32,000 nucleotides of DNA from Ruminococcus albus 7 = DSM 20455. GTDB lineage: Bacteria > Bacillota > Clostridia > Oscillospirales > Ruminococcaceae. The stretch is taken from the NCBI RefSeq assembly GCF_000179635.2, contig NC_014833.1:2550001-2582000 (forward strand), written 5' to 3'. The notes under the pieces are model-generated. The model was not told where the DNA came from, searched no databases, and saw nothing but the letters and a program-made list of their open reading frames with translations. Both the position numbers and the translations under genes were made by a program. This document shows, piece after piece, positions 17,349 to 26,138 of this stretch. Each line of letters starts with the position of its first letter. Positions within the stretch are counted from its first letter, which is position 1.

Positions 17349-17775
17349 AATGATCACAGCACTGATACTCTGGATCATCACGCTGATAGCACTTCTGGTG
17401 TTTATAGGATTATATATCGATGAAACAAGACGAGTTCAGGAAACCTACAGAAAACAGTACAAGACCGAGCTTACCCACGCAGTAAAGGAGATAGACTCCT
17501 ATCTTGAAAATAAAGGCGACACAGCACTGCGTTACAAGCGCATAACCAGCTACGTCACCTGTGCAAGCTCTTACGCTTTCCTGATAGAAAACAGTTTTGA
17601 CAAGCAGCAGAAGGTCATCAACGAAGTGAACACCTGCATGATAAAATATCCCGAGCAGATGAGCACCAGGCTGGAGGAGCTGAAACAGGCTTTCGATGAT
17701 ATCGGCGCAGACCTTGACAAGGGCTACGAAGAAGCGCAGGCTGTTGTGGATTCTGTAAACAAAAAAGGTAACTAG
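17320..17775 (+). CDS. Small N-terminally membrane-anchored protein (151 aa), function unknown
   Basis: ATG with GAGGTG 7 nt upstream. It overlaps the end of the 989-aa gene by 29 nt, which suggests translational coupling. TM ITALILWIITLIALLVFIGLYI. Confidence 0.65.
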   Translation: MNQEKILKRRMITALILWIITLIALLVFIGLYIDETRRVQETYRKQYKTELTHAVKEIDSYLENKGDTALRYKRITSYVTCASSYAFLIENSFDKQQKVINEVNTCMIKYPEQMSTRLEELKQAFDDIGADLDKGYEEAQAVVDSVNKKGN

Positions 17776-17788
17776 GGAGTGGTCAACA

Positions 17789-18013
17789 ATGAATGAAAAA
17801 AGAAAGCTGAAACGAGAGATCAAGATCTGCCGTCAGACTATCGAGGAGATAGAACGAAAGCGTTCAAGATCACAGTCAGCGCTGGTACAGGCAGTGCTTC
17901 TGCAGGAAGAACCCGACGAGAACGATGTCGAGTGGTTCAACAAGTACACAGGCGAGATCACAGCCTGCAGAAATCACATGATAGAATTGCAGAAAAAACT
18001 GAATTCGCTGTAA
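17789..18013 (+). CDS. Small basic coiled-coil protein (74 aa), function unknown; last gene of the operon
   Basis: GGGAGTGG RBS. Lys/Arg/Glu-rich helical sequence. A terminator follows directly. Confidence 0.55.
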   Translation: MNEKRKLKREIKICRQTIEEIERKRSRSQSALVQAVLLQEEPDENDVEWFNKYTGEITACRNHMIELQKKLNSL

Positions 18014-18024
18014 AAAAAGAAATA

Positions 18025-18051
18025 ACCGCAGTCCCGATCAGGGGCTGCGGT
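18025..18051. terminator. Bidirectional intrinsic terminator between convergent operons
   Basis: ACCGCAGTCCC-GATCA-GGGGCTGCGGT forms an 11-bp stem. T-rich runs lie on both sides (TGTTGTTTTA on +, TTATTTCTTTTTTT on -). Confidence 0.8.
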
Positions 18052-18057
18052 GTTGTT

Positions 18058-19698
18058 TTATCTGATCTCTGCACCTGATATTCGGTGCATACGTTGTTTT
18101 TCTTCGTACATGGCTTGATCAGCGCGTGAAAGTATCTGCTCGTAGCTCTCATCACCCTCGGTATACGAGGAATGACCTATGGCGATACTCAGTGAGAAGC
18201 TTTCTTCATAGGCGAAAGCTCCGTACTCATCACGTTCGGAATTCATCCTGTCCATAAGACTCTGGAGCTCATCGTTAAGCTTTTCAAGATCCTCCTCAGT
18301 CTTATCCTTCAGCAGTGCTATGAATTCATCACCGCCCACTCTGTAAACATTGGCGAAAACAGTGCTCATACACTTGGCTGCCGAACGCAGCAGCGTATCA
18401 CCGCCAAGATGACCGAAGCAGTCATTGGTAGGCTTCAGCAGATTAAGATCCATTGAAACCACGCTCATCTCTTCAAGTGGTATTATGCCTGCATCTCTTT
18501 CAAGTGCATACCTGTTTCCAAGACCCGTCAGCTGATCTGTGTACGCCAGTATCTCCAGCAGCTGATCCTCACGCTTACGGCTCATCTCGTTCATCAGCTT
18601 GCGTATGCCGTTCACCAGCTCGAAAGCAAGATACATTATGAAGCCTATCCTTACTATGAACGTCTGATCACCCAGTGTAGTCACGAATATAAAGAATATC
18701 GCATTGGCAAAAGAGAAGCCCAGCAGTATCAGTATACCCAGCCTGTTTATGGGGTCTATCAGTTTCAGACGCTTCACATTTACAGCAAAGGTTATGAATG
18801 ACATCACGCCCAGCGAGGTGATGAACACCTTGACAGTTTCAGTATATGTGGCTACACCTGTAAAGTGCAGCACAGATAGTATGACCTCCAGCCCTGCAAA
18901 TGTAAAGAACAGCCAGCCCAGCTTCAGCGTAGGCACTATGTCCTCAAAATACAGCATGGCTGCAAGCGGCACCATGAAGATCATGAAATAGTTCATGTAG
19001 TATTGCATGATTGGATTGCCGAAAATGTACTGATTGAAAAACAGCGGACAATTAACGTATAACGCAAACAGTATCGAAAGCGAACCCAGCGAAAAAGCCT
19101 CGGGAGCTTCTATCTTCTTGAAAGTACATATCACGTGTATGACCAACAGCAATACACCGAATATACCCATGATGACATTGATCGTGTACAGCTCGAACTC
19201 GTCTTTGAGATAGCTGTATATCAGCTCATTCTCAGCACCGATACGTATCCTGTAACTCGGCATATATTCGCTGCGGAATACTGTATCAACAGTGATGTTG
19301 ATGTATTTGCCTCCGTTTTCCGGAATATAGATAAAGTGAGTATAGGTACCCGGTGAACAGCCAAAGACAGGTTTTTCACCAAAATGATAAATGGCTTCCC
19401 CGCTAAGGTCGCCTGCTGTATCACTTATATCTGCATCAACAAATGAATCATACGTACGAAAAGAAAGGGATTTACCCCTGACATCATCAGTTATCTCATG
19501 GCTCATAATAAGACGAAGGATCGTTCTTCCATCCTCACCTTCATACTCATAATGCTCATAAGTCCAGTCCGTATCATAATGATCAACCTTCCCAGAACCC
19601 ACAGGAACACTGTCATTTAACTTAAAAGCAAGTATCAGCACCACTACCGTTATTATAAAGAGATATAGACCTATATACCTCTTTTCAAGCAGTTTCAT
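18058..19698 (-). CDS. Multi-TM sensor diguanylate cyclase (546 aa): N-terminal anchor, ~170-aa extracytoplasmic domain, ~7 TM helices, GGDEF domain
   Basis: AAGGAGA RBS. The C-terminal region reads LAYTDQLTGLGNRYALERD … DLNLLKPTNDCFGHLGGDTLL … YRVGGDEFIALL, so the GGDEF motif is intact. No RxxD I-site lies 5 residues upstream. The layout resembles 7TMR-DISM-type receptors. Confidence 0.85.
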   Translation of the reverse strand: MKLLEKRYIGLYLFIITVVVLILAFKLNDSVPVGSGKVDHYDTDWTYEHYEYEGEDGRTILRLIMSHEITDDVRGKSLSFRTYDSFVDADISDTAGDLSGEAIYHFGEKPVFGCSPGTYTHFIYIPENGGKYINITVDTVFRSEYMPSYRIRIGAENELIYSYLKDEFELYTINVIMGIFGVLLLVIHVICTFKKIEAPEAFSLGSLSILFALYVNCPLFFNQYIFGNPIMQYYMNYFMIFMVPLAAMLYFEDIVPTLKLGWLFFTFAGLEVILSVLHFTGVATYTETVKVFITSLGVMSFITFAVNVKRLKLIDPINRLGILILLGFSFANAIFFIFVTTLGDQTFIVRIGFIMYLAFELVNGIRKLMNEMSRKREDQLLEILAYTDQLTGLGNRYALERDAGIIPLEEMSVVSMDLNLLKPTNDCFGHLGGDTLLRSAAKCMSTVFANVYRVGGDEFIALLKDKTEEDLEKLNDELQSLMDRMNSERDEYGAFAYEESFSLSIAIGHSSYTEGDESYEQILSRADQAMYEEKQRMHRISGAEIR

Positions 19699-20099
19699 AT
19701 GGTATTCTCCTTTACGGACAGAAATTAATAAAAAATCTGATCATCCCGTTTACACACCAATTAATTTGGTGTAATATCAGAACTAGAAATGATAAACATC
19801 AACATGATGATTCATTGTTATATAGCACTTTGTAATGGTGTGTTAATGGGATAACCATGATAAATAATGTTATTACTGCTTTCTACATTATATCATATTA
19901 TAACAAATTGGTAAAGGTTCTTTTGAAAATTTTATCGTAATTGATTAGATGTATTACTAATAACAAGTTGTTCACAACAAACTTTGATTGTACAAAAGCG
20001 CCCATTTCAGGGAATATTCGCCATTTTTCAATGCAGGATATAAAAAAATTAAGATAAATAAAAATTTGCCCAAAATATTATTAAATTTCAGTACAACGA

Positions 20100-20128
20100 T
20101 TGACTAATCTGTGTTTATATGGTATAAT
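20100..20128 (+). promoter_or_regulatory. Sigma-A-type promoter with extended -10
   Basis: TTGACT 20100-20105, a 17-nt spacer ending in TGG, TATAAT 20123-20128. Confidence 0.65.
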
Positions 20129-20209
20129 ATACACAAGATATAGTTAGATATCTCCTGCTTTTTTATAACATATAAATAGGCTAAATAATTATACTATTGA
20201 CGGAGGAGA

Positions 20210-21010
20210 ATGAATATGCGTTTTAATACTTATGGCAACAGCAGAAATCCTATAATTATAATGCTCACTAGTTCTTTCTGTTCTGCAGAATCCTTATCTT
20301 ATCTTTATGAAGAGCTTACAAATGACTACTATATAATCGTACCCGAATATAACGGACACTATGAGGGCAGTGTTGACTTCACCACAAGCCATGATGAAGC
20401 TAAGCAGGTAGTACATTTCCTGAAAGAAAACAGTATCAGTGATATCTGTCTGATATACGGTCAGGCTATGGGCGCTGAGATCGGTATGGAACTTATATCT
20501 CAATGTCTTAAACAGCATATAACTATCGAATCAGCTTTCTTTGACGGCGGCACATTCCTGAAGCAGCCCAAGCTTTATAAGGCGATAATGAACTTCAAGC
20601 ATAAGTCGATGATGAACAAGATGAAGAATCAGAGCGTTGACGAAGTCGTAAGCTGGAAATCCGTAGACCAGTTCACCAAGGAAGATACCAAGACTATGCG
20701 TCCTGTTATAGAGTCCATGGTAAAGACCGCTCCCGTTATAACCGACGGAAGTATCAAGAACGAGACCGAAGCCAGGTATACCTTCAATTTTCCCTATCTC
20801 CCCGATGAGATGCAGGAGAACATCTTCTTTGTTTATGCCACAGATGAAAAGAATTTCAAATCATGTTTCAAGCACCTGATCGAAGCTTATCCCTCTGCCA
20901 ATTTCAAGACACTGAGGGGTGAGGGTCACCTTACTTATTCTGTAAGAAAGACCGACGACTATCTGAGGGTAATCAGGGCTATCTGCAACAGGAACAATGA
21001 AGACGACTGA
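20210..21010 (+). CDS. Alpha/beta-hydrolase-fold protein (266 aa) with Ala in place of the nucleophile Ser (GQAMG)
   Basis: Track ORF. The start is more likely ATG 20216 (GGAGGAG 7 nt upstream) than 20210. The nucleophile elbow YGQAMGAEIG is encoded by ggt cag gct atg ggc at 20459-20473. A His motif, GEGHLTY, lies near the C-terminus. Confidence 0.7.
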   Translation: MNMRFNTYGNSRNPIIIMLTSSFCSAESLSYLYEELTNDYYIIVPEYNGHYEGSVDFTTSHDEAKQVVHFLKENSISDICLIYGQAMGAEIGMELISQCLKQHITIESAFFDGGTFLKQPKLYKAIMNFKHKSMMNKMKNQSVDEVVSWKSVDQFTKEDTKTMRPVIESMVKTAPVITDGSIKNETEARYTFNFPYLPDEMQENIFFVYATDEKNFKSCFKHLIEAYPSANFKTLRGEGHLTYSVRKTDDYLRVIRAICNRNNEDD

Positions 21011-21063
21011 TCGTACTCCACAGACTTATGGCAAGTACTTATATTGAATAATTTTGATAACTG

Positions 21064-21108
21064 CCGGAGGATGACCTTTCTTGCTAAAGGTCCCCTCCGG
21101 TTTTCTGC
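21064..21108 (+). terminator. Intrinsic terminator after the hydrolase gene
   Basis: CCGGAGG…(inner stem GACCTTT/AAAGGTC)…CCTCCGG is followed by TTTTCTGCTTT. Confidence 0.7.
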
Positions 21109-21358
21109 TTTGCCGGAAATCGCTTGATTTCCAAATACAGACACTTGCTGCTGAGGTATTTTTCATTCTGATTTGATCTATGTTTCAGACGCCTTTCACA
21201 TAAGATCATATTGATATAACGTTTATAGATTAATATAATAGTATTCTTCAGCCGTTGGTTATCGTATGGGTGAAATAAAGTATGATCCAAAAATACAAAA
21301 TTAAGTATCCCGGGACAAAAAAATATTTAGTCAAAATGTCAAATGATACGATGATTTA

Positions 21359-21387
21359 TTGACATATCCCACAAAGGCTGATATAAT
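21359..21387 (+). promoter_or_regulatory. Perfect consensus sigma-A promoter for the lipoprotein gene
   Basis: TTGACA 21359-21364, a 17-nt spacer, TATAAT 21382-21387. Confidence 0.7.
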
Positions 21388-21440
21388 ATAAACCGTTGAA
21401 AAACGGAATATCAATACTTGAACTAAAGGAGATATAACTG

Positions 21441-22241
21441 ATGAAAAACAGAATTCTTGCTGCCGCTCTTGCGCTGACAATGAGCGCCTGCATCTGTGGA
21501 TGCAGTGAATCCAAAAAGACTTCCGATAAGGATACCGCCGCTGATGCCGGTAAAAGAAGCACCGCCATTGACGGCACAGTTACCGATGAAGAAACCACTC
21601 CGGACGAAACCACATCGGAAGAGGAAGAAGCTGCCGATGTACCGTTCATTGATCCTCAGGCAGAACAGACTGAAGGTACACATGAGCTGAAATGCAACGT
21701 TAGATTTGCCGCTCCCGATGATAAGAACGGTTTTACCTTTGAAGTAACACTCTCTGAGAGCGAGGCTGCATCAGGTATAAATGTAGGTCTTTATAATGAG
21801 CAGGGCGAAAAGGTAGCTGATATGGTGGATGACGGCAGCAAAAAGCCCGATAAGGAAGCCGGAGACCATATCTACAGCTGCTACTACAAGCCCGAAAGTG
21901 ACAAGGCTGCTACTTATGAGCTGACCGCAAGGATCGGCGCTATTCAAACTGCACCTGTCAGAGTTCGCGTTTATGACGAATTTGACGATGAAGATTTCAA
22001 CAAGCTGAAAGAAGTAACCGCTCAGTTCACCGAGATAGATAAGAAGTACAGAGATGCATCAGGCAAGATCCCCGATGACAAAAAGGATGCAGTCCTTGAT
22101 GAAGCAGAAACGCTTACAAAGAAGCTGTACGATAACGGCGAGGTCATCGAATACTCCGTTGACAGAAAGAACGGCATCGTAAACATCTGGCTCGAAAGCT
22201 ACCTGCCCTACGTATACAATATCGACAACGTGACCGAATAA
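21441..22241 (+). CDS. Acidic lipoprotein (266 aa), function unknown
   Basis: AAAGGAGA RBS. MKNRILAAALALTMSACICGCSESKK contains a lipobox-like …ICGC. An Asp/Glu/Thr-rich linker follows, then a globular domain. Confidence 0.7.
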   Translation: MKNRILAAALALTMSACICGCSESKKTSDKDTAADAGKRSTAIDGTVTDEETTPDETTSEEEEAADVPFIDPQAEQTEGTHELKCNVRFAAPDDKNGFTFEVTLSESEAASGINVGLYNEQGEKVADMVDDGSKKPDKEAGDHIYSCYYKPESDKAATYELTARIGAIQTAPVRVRVYDEFDDEDFNKLKEVTAQFTEIDKKYRDASGKIPDDKKDAVLDEAETLTKKLYDNGEVIEYSVDRKNGIVNIWLESYLPYVYNIDNVTE

Positions 22242-22255
22242 TAACCAGTACTCCC

Positions 22256-22555
22256 GTTAAGGCGGGTACCCATACAGAAGTTTATATTATTTATCGGGGG
22301 AAACTTTTCTGAAGAAAAGTTATCCCCCGAACCCGTCTGCAAAGGCTTTGCCTTTGTAGATTCAAACAGACTTTTATCTCTTTTGGGCAGGGGGTAGCTA
22401 TGTTTGCAAACATAGCTACCCCCTGCCCAAAAGAAATAGAAGTTTTCGGAAAGGGGTCAGCATCAGCGAAGCTGACGCTTAGGAATAACCCTTTTTCAAA
22501 AGGGTTTTCCCCAATAGATAGCATAAATATTCTGTATGGGTACCAGCCTTAACAG
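22256..22555. repeat. ~300-bp nested-palindrome element (terminal inverted repeats, arm hairpins and a perfect central palindrome) between convergent genes
   Basis: The terminal IR TTAAGGC[G/T]GGTACCCATACAGAA occupies 22257-22279 and its reverse complement 22531-22553. The central perfect palindrome is CTTTTGGGCAGGGGGTAGCTATGTTTGCAAACATAGCTACCCCCTGCCCAAAAG (~22380-22433). Arm hairpins include GGGGAAACTTTTC/GAAAAGTTATCCCC, CAAAGGC/GCCTTTG, GTCAGC/GCTGAC and AACCCTTTT/AAAAGGGTT. Confidence 0.7.
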
Positions 22556-22564
22556 TGGAGGGTG

Positions 22565-24322
22565 TTATTCCGCCGCAAACTGCGAATTATAAAGCTCGCT
22601 GTAAAAGCCGCCTTTTGCGATAAGGCTTTCGTGAGTGCCCTGTTCGACGATATGACCCGAGCGCATAACAATGATATTCTCGGCTTCCTTGATTGTAGAA
22701 AGTCGGTGGGCGATGATGAAGCTTGTCCTGCCCTTCATCATCTCAGCGAAGGCACGCTGTATCATTATCTCGGTACGGGTATCGATTGAAGATGTAGCCT
22801 CATCAAGTATAAGCATAGGAGGCAGGGACAGCATGACCCTTGCGATACACAGAAGCTGCTTCTGCCCCTGTGAGAGCGTGCTGAAAGCATCGGATACAAC
22901 AGTATCATAGCCCTTTGGCAGACGCTTTATGAATCCGTGGCAGTGGGCTGACTTTGCAGCGGCTATGACTTCTTCCTCGGTGGCATCCGGCTTGCCGTAA
23001 CGGATATTATCACGTATGGAAGCAGTTTTCAGCCATGTTTCCTGCAGCACCATACCGTACATTGAACGCATGGAATCGCGTGTACAGTTCTTTATGGGCT
23101 TGCCGCTTATGTTTATGCTGCCGCTGTCTGCATCGTAAAAGCGCATCAGCAGATTTATCATGGTTGTCTTTCCGCAGCCCGTAGGGCCTACTATGGCAGT
23201 GCGTTCACCTGCCCTGACGTGCAGGTTGAAATCCTCGATAAGCTTGACTTCGGGGTCATAGCTGAAATATACGTGCTCGGCATCCACACTCCCGTCAACT
23301 TTGGTGAGTACTTCGGCATCGGGGTCATCGGGTATCTCTTCCCTTTCGTCGATAAGCTCGAATACCCTTCCTGCTGATGCAAGTGCACTCTGGAGTTCGG
23401 TGATAACGCCTGATATCTCATTGAATGGCTTGGTATACTGATTAGCATACGACAGAAAAGCCGACAGCGCTCCCACAGTGAAGCTTCCGCCGCTGAATAC
23501 CGTAAGTGCACCGAGTATACCGACAGATGTGTACACAAGACCGTTTACAAATCTTGTACAGGGATTTGTCAGTGAGGAGAAGAATATCGCCTTGACACTG
23601 ACCGCCTGCAGTTTTTTGTTGTACACATCGAACTGTTCTTCGGCTTCATCCTCGTAGCTGAAAGCCTGTACAGTTTTAAGATTTCCTGTTATCTCCTCAA
23701 CAAGCGCGGTCATCTCACCGCGGGCTACTGACTGCTTGTGAAAAAGGTCAAAGGTGTTCTTCGCTATGAACCTTGCCACAAACAGCGAAAGCGGTGTCAG
23801 CAGTATTACCACAAGAGATATCTTCACGTTTATGGAAAGCATGAATATTATAGTACCAATAATTGTACATATACCCGTGAAGAGCTGTGCAAACCCCATG
23901 AGCAGACCGTCGGATATCTGGTCTATATCAGTGATGATACGGCTGATTATATCACCGTGAGGGTGTGCATCTATATAGGAGAGAGGCAGACGTGACAGCT
24001 TAGAGAATGCCTTGCGGCGTATATCTCTCACCACATTGAAGGTTATCTTGTTGGTGCACAGTGACATGAGCCACTGTGATACTGCTGTTATGGATACTGT
24101 CACACAAAGCTTCACAAGCACAGGAGTCAGTGCTTTGATATCAACATTTCCCTTGCCTATTATAAGGTCAACACACTGTCCTATAAGTATCGGAGCATAA
24201 AGAGTAGTCGCCACAGTTATAAGGGCTAGCAGCATTGATATGCCGAATAGTCCCCTATACGGTCTTGCATAGGCAAGGAGCGGTTTCAGTACAGATTTTT
24301 GTACTTTATCAGCTTTAGCCAA
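22565..24322 (-). CDS. ABC exporter permease/ATPase half-transporter (585 aa), the chain with a consensus NBD but a degenerate signature
   Basis: Six-TM N-domain. Walker A GPTGCGKTT, signature LSQGQKQ (instead of LSGGQ), Walker B LILDEATS, H-loop IAHRLST. Confidence 0.9.
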   Translation of the reverse strand: MAKADKVQKSVLKPLLAYARPYRGLFGISMLLALITVATTLYAPILIGQCVDLIIGKGNVDIKALTPVLVKLCVTVSITAVSQWLMSLCTNKITFNVVRDIRRKAFSKLSRLPLSYIDAHPHGDIISRIITDIDQISDGLLMGFAQLFTGICTIIGTIIFMLSINVKISLVVILLTPLSLFVARFIAKNTFDLFHKQSVARGEMTALVEEITGNLKTVQAFSYEDEAEEQFDVYNKKLQAVSVKAIFFSSLTNPCTRFVNGLVYTSVGILGALTVFSGGSFTVGALSAFLSYANQYTKPFNEISGVITELQSALASAGRVFELIDEREEIPDDPDAEVLTKVDGSVDAEHVYFSYDPEVKLIEDFNLHVRAGERTAIVGPTGCGKTTMINLLMRFYDADSGSINISGKPIKNCTRDSMRSMYGMVLQETWLKTASIRDNIRYGKPDATEEEVIAAAKSAHCHGFIKRLPKGYDTVVSDAFSTLSQGQKQLLCIARVMLSLPPMLILDEATSSIDTRTEIMIQRAFAEMMKGRTSFIIAHRLSTIKEAENIIVMRSGHIVEQGTHESLIAKGGFYSELYNSQFAAE

Positions 24323-26066
24323 TCTCCTTCACCTCCTCCTCGGAAAGCTGTGACAGGCATATCTCACGGTATACATCACATGAGTTACAAAGCTCTTTGT
24401 GGGTGCCTATGCCTGCTATCTTTCCGTCATCAAGTACTATTATCTTATCAACGTTCTTTATGGAGGATATCCTCTGTGATACAATGAATACCGTCATATC
24501 CCCTGTCTTATCGGAAAGTGCTTTTCTCAGCCTTGCTTCGGTGGCAAGGTCAAGTGCGGACGCTGAGTCATCGAGCATTACTATCTCGGGTGAACCGACG
24601 AATGCCCTTGCTATGGTAAGGCGCTGACGCTGTCCGCCCGAAAGGTTCTTGCCCTCCTGCATTATCATCTCGTCCAGCTTATCGGGCTTTTCCATAACGA
24701 AATCATAAGCCTGTGCAAGTTTCAGGGCGGATATTATCTCCTCATCATCTGCGGAGCTGTCACGCCATTTCATATTATCTCGGACAGTACCCTTGAAAAG
24801 CACTGCACGCTGTGGTACTATACCTATCTTGCCCCTTAGCTGTGCGAATGGGTACTCTTTAACGTCAACTCCGTCGATAAGCACCTGACCCTTTGAAGCA
24901 TCATAGAATCTCGGGATAAGGTTTACCACCGAGGATTTGCCCGAACCTGTACCACCGATTATGCCAACAGTCTCTCCCCTGTTCACGGTAAAGCTGATAT
25001 CCTCAAGGGCGTACTCCTCGCTGTCATGGTAAGAGAAGCTCACTCCGCGGAATTCCACCGCAGGTGCTGAGGTATCTGCTGTTACATCGGTATTTCCCTC
25101 ATCGCTGACAGTAGGTCCGATATCAAAAATATCATTTATACGTATGGCTGAAGCCTGCATCTTGGTGATATTCGTGACGAGTATCGCCATAGCGAGAAGT
25201 GCCAGAAGTATCTGGTTCATATAGTTCACAAGGGCTATGACATCGCCCTGAGTAATAACGTCGTTATACACCTGATGCGCACTCGCCTTTAAAAGTACGG
25301 CTATGCCCAGGTTCACGATGACGTAAGTCATGGGGTTCATAAGGGCATTTATCCTGCCAGCCTTTATCTGCAGGTCGGCAAGTTCATCGGTGAGCTTTTC
25401 AAACTCATTTTCTTCTGACTTCTGTGCAGAAAAAGCACGTATCACCCTTGCACCCGAAAGTGCTTCTCCTGTCAGCAGATTAGTGCGGTCAAGGGTCTTC
25501 TGGATATTCTTGTAGCGCGGTATGGTGATGCTCATTATCTTATAGATAACAAAAGCAAGACATGGGGCTATTACAAGGAATATAAGCGTGAGCTTCACCG
25601 ATATGGCGAATGCCATTATCACCGCACCCACCACGATGAAGGGCGAACGCAGGAGAAGTCTGAGCAGTATATTCACACCGGATTGGGCGGTATTGATATC
25701 CGCAGTCATACGTGTAACAAGTGTACTGCTGCCGACCTTGTCTATCTCGGAATAGGAAAGCCTGTTGATATGGCGCAGCAGATCGGTGCGCAGTGCGGTG
25801 CCGAATCCGACGGAAGCCTTTGCCGCAAAATACTGTGCCGTAAGGGAACAGGCAAGCCCCAGGAATCCCAGCAGCACCATGATAGCGCCCATACGGAGTA
25901 TATACGGCACATCCTCATTCTTTATACCGATATCTATTATACGCTTCATGACCACAGGTACGGCAAGCTCGAAGCAAGCTTCGATAAGCTTGAAGAGAGG
26001 TCCTATAAAACTCTCCTTTTTATAGTTTTTAAGATAGCGAAACAGTTTGAACATATTTTTCTCCAA
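24315..26066 (-). CDS. ABC exporter permease/ATPase half-transporter (583 aa), the chain with degenerate catalytic residues
   Basis: It overlaps the downstream partner by 8 nt. Walker A GGTGSGKSS, signature LSGGQRQR, Walker B VMLDDSAS (Asp replaces the catalytic Glu), H-loop IVSQRISS (Gln replaces His). Confidence 0.9.
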   Translation of the reverse strand: MEKNMFKLFRYLKNYKKESFIGPLFKLIEACFELAVPVVMKRIIDIGIKNEDVPYILRMGAIMVLLGFLGLACSLTAQYFAAKASVGFGTALRTDLLRHINRLSYSEIDKVGSSTLVTRMTADINTAQSGVNILLRLLLRSPFIVVGAVIMAFAISVKLTLIFLVIAPCLAFVIYKIMSITIPRYKNIQKTLDRTNLLTGEALSGARVIRAFSAQKSEENEFEKLTDELADLQIKAGRINALMNPMTYVIVNLGIAVLLKASAHQVYNDVITQGDVIALVNYMNQILLALLAMAILVTNITKMQASAIRINDIFDIGPTVSDEGNTDVTADTSAPAVEFRGVSFSYHDSEEYALEDISFTVNRGETVGIIGGTGSGKSSVVNLIPRFYDASKGQVLIDGVDVKEYPFAQLRGKIGIVPQRAVLFKGTVRDNMKWRDSSADDEEIISALKLAQAYDFVMEKPDKLDEMIMQEGKNLSGGQRQRLTIARAFVGSPEIVMLDDSASALDLATEARLRKALSDKTGDMTVFIVSQRISSIKNVDKIIVLDDGKIAGIGTHKELCNSCDVYREICLSQLSEEEVKEIG

Positions 26067-26138
26067 TACACAGACAGACGGACAGTTTAACGCTGTCCGT
26101 CCGATATTTACGTTATCTGATCTTTCTGACCTTTACCT

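Noticed and set aside
12753-17381. Numerous overlapping or antisense track ORFs (e.g. 13528..13962 -, 15416..15649 -, 15520..15753 -, 15568..15846 +, 15924..16598 -, 16665..17381 -)
   Set aside because: They overlap long genes that have clear motifs. Those between 15.4 and 16.6 kb are by-products of the GAA/GAG/CGC-rich ER/K coding repeat, which is open in several frames.
22291-22524. 77-aa minus-strand ORF inside the palindromic element
   Set aside because: It has no RBS and spans hairpin after hairpin, so its openness is a consequence of the palindromic sequence.
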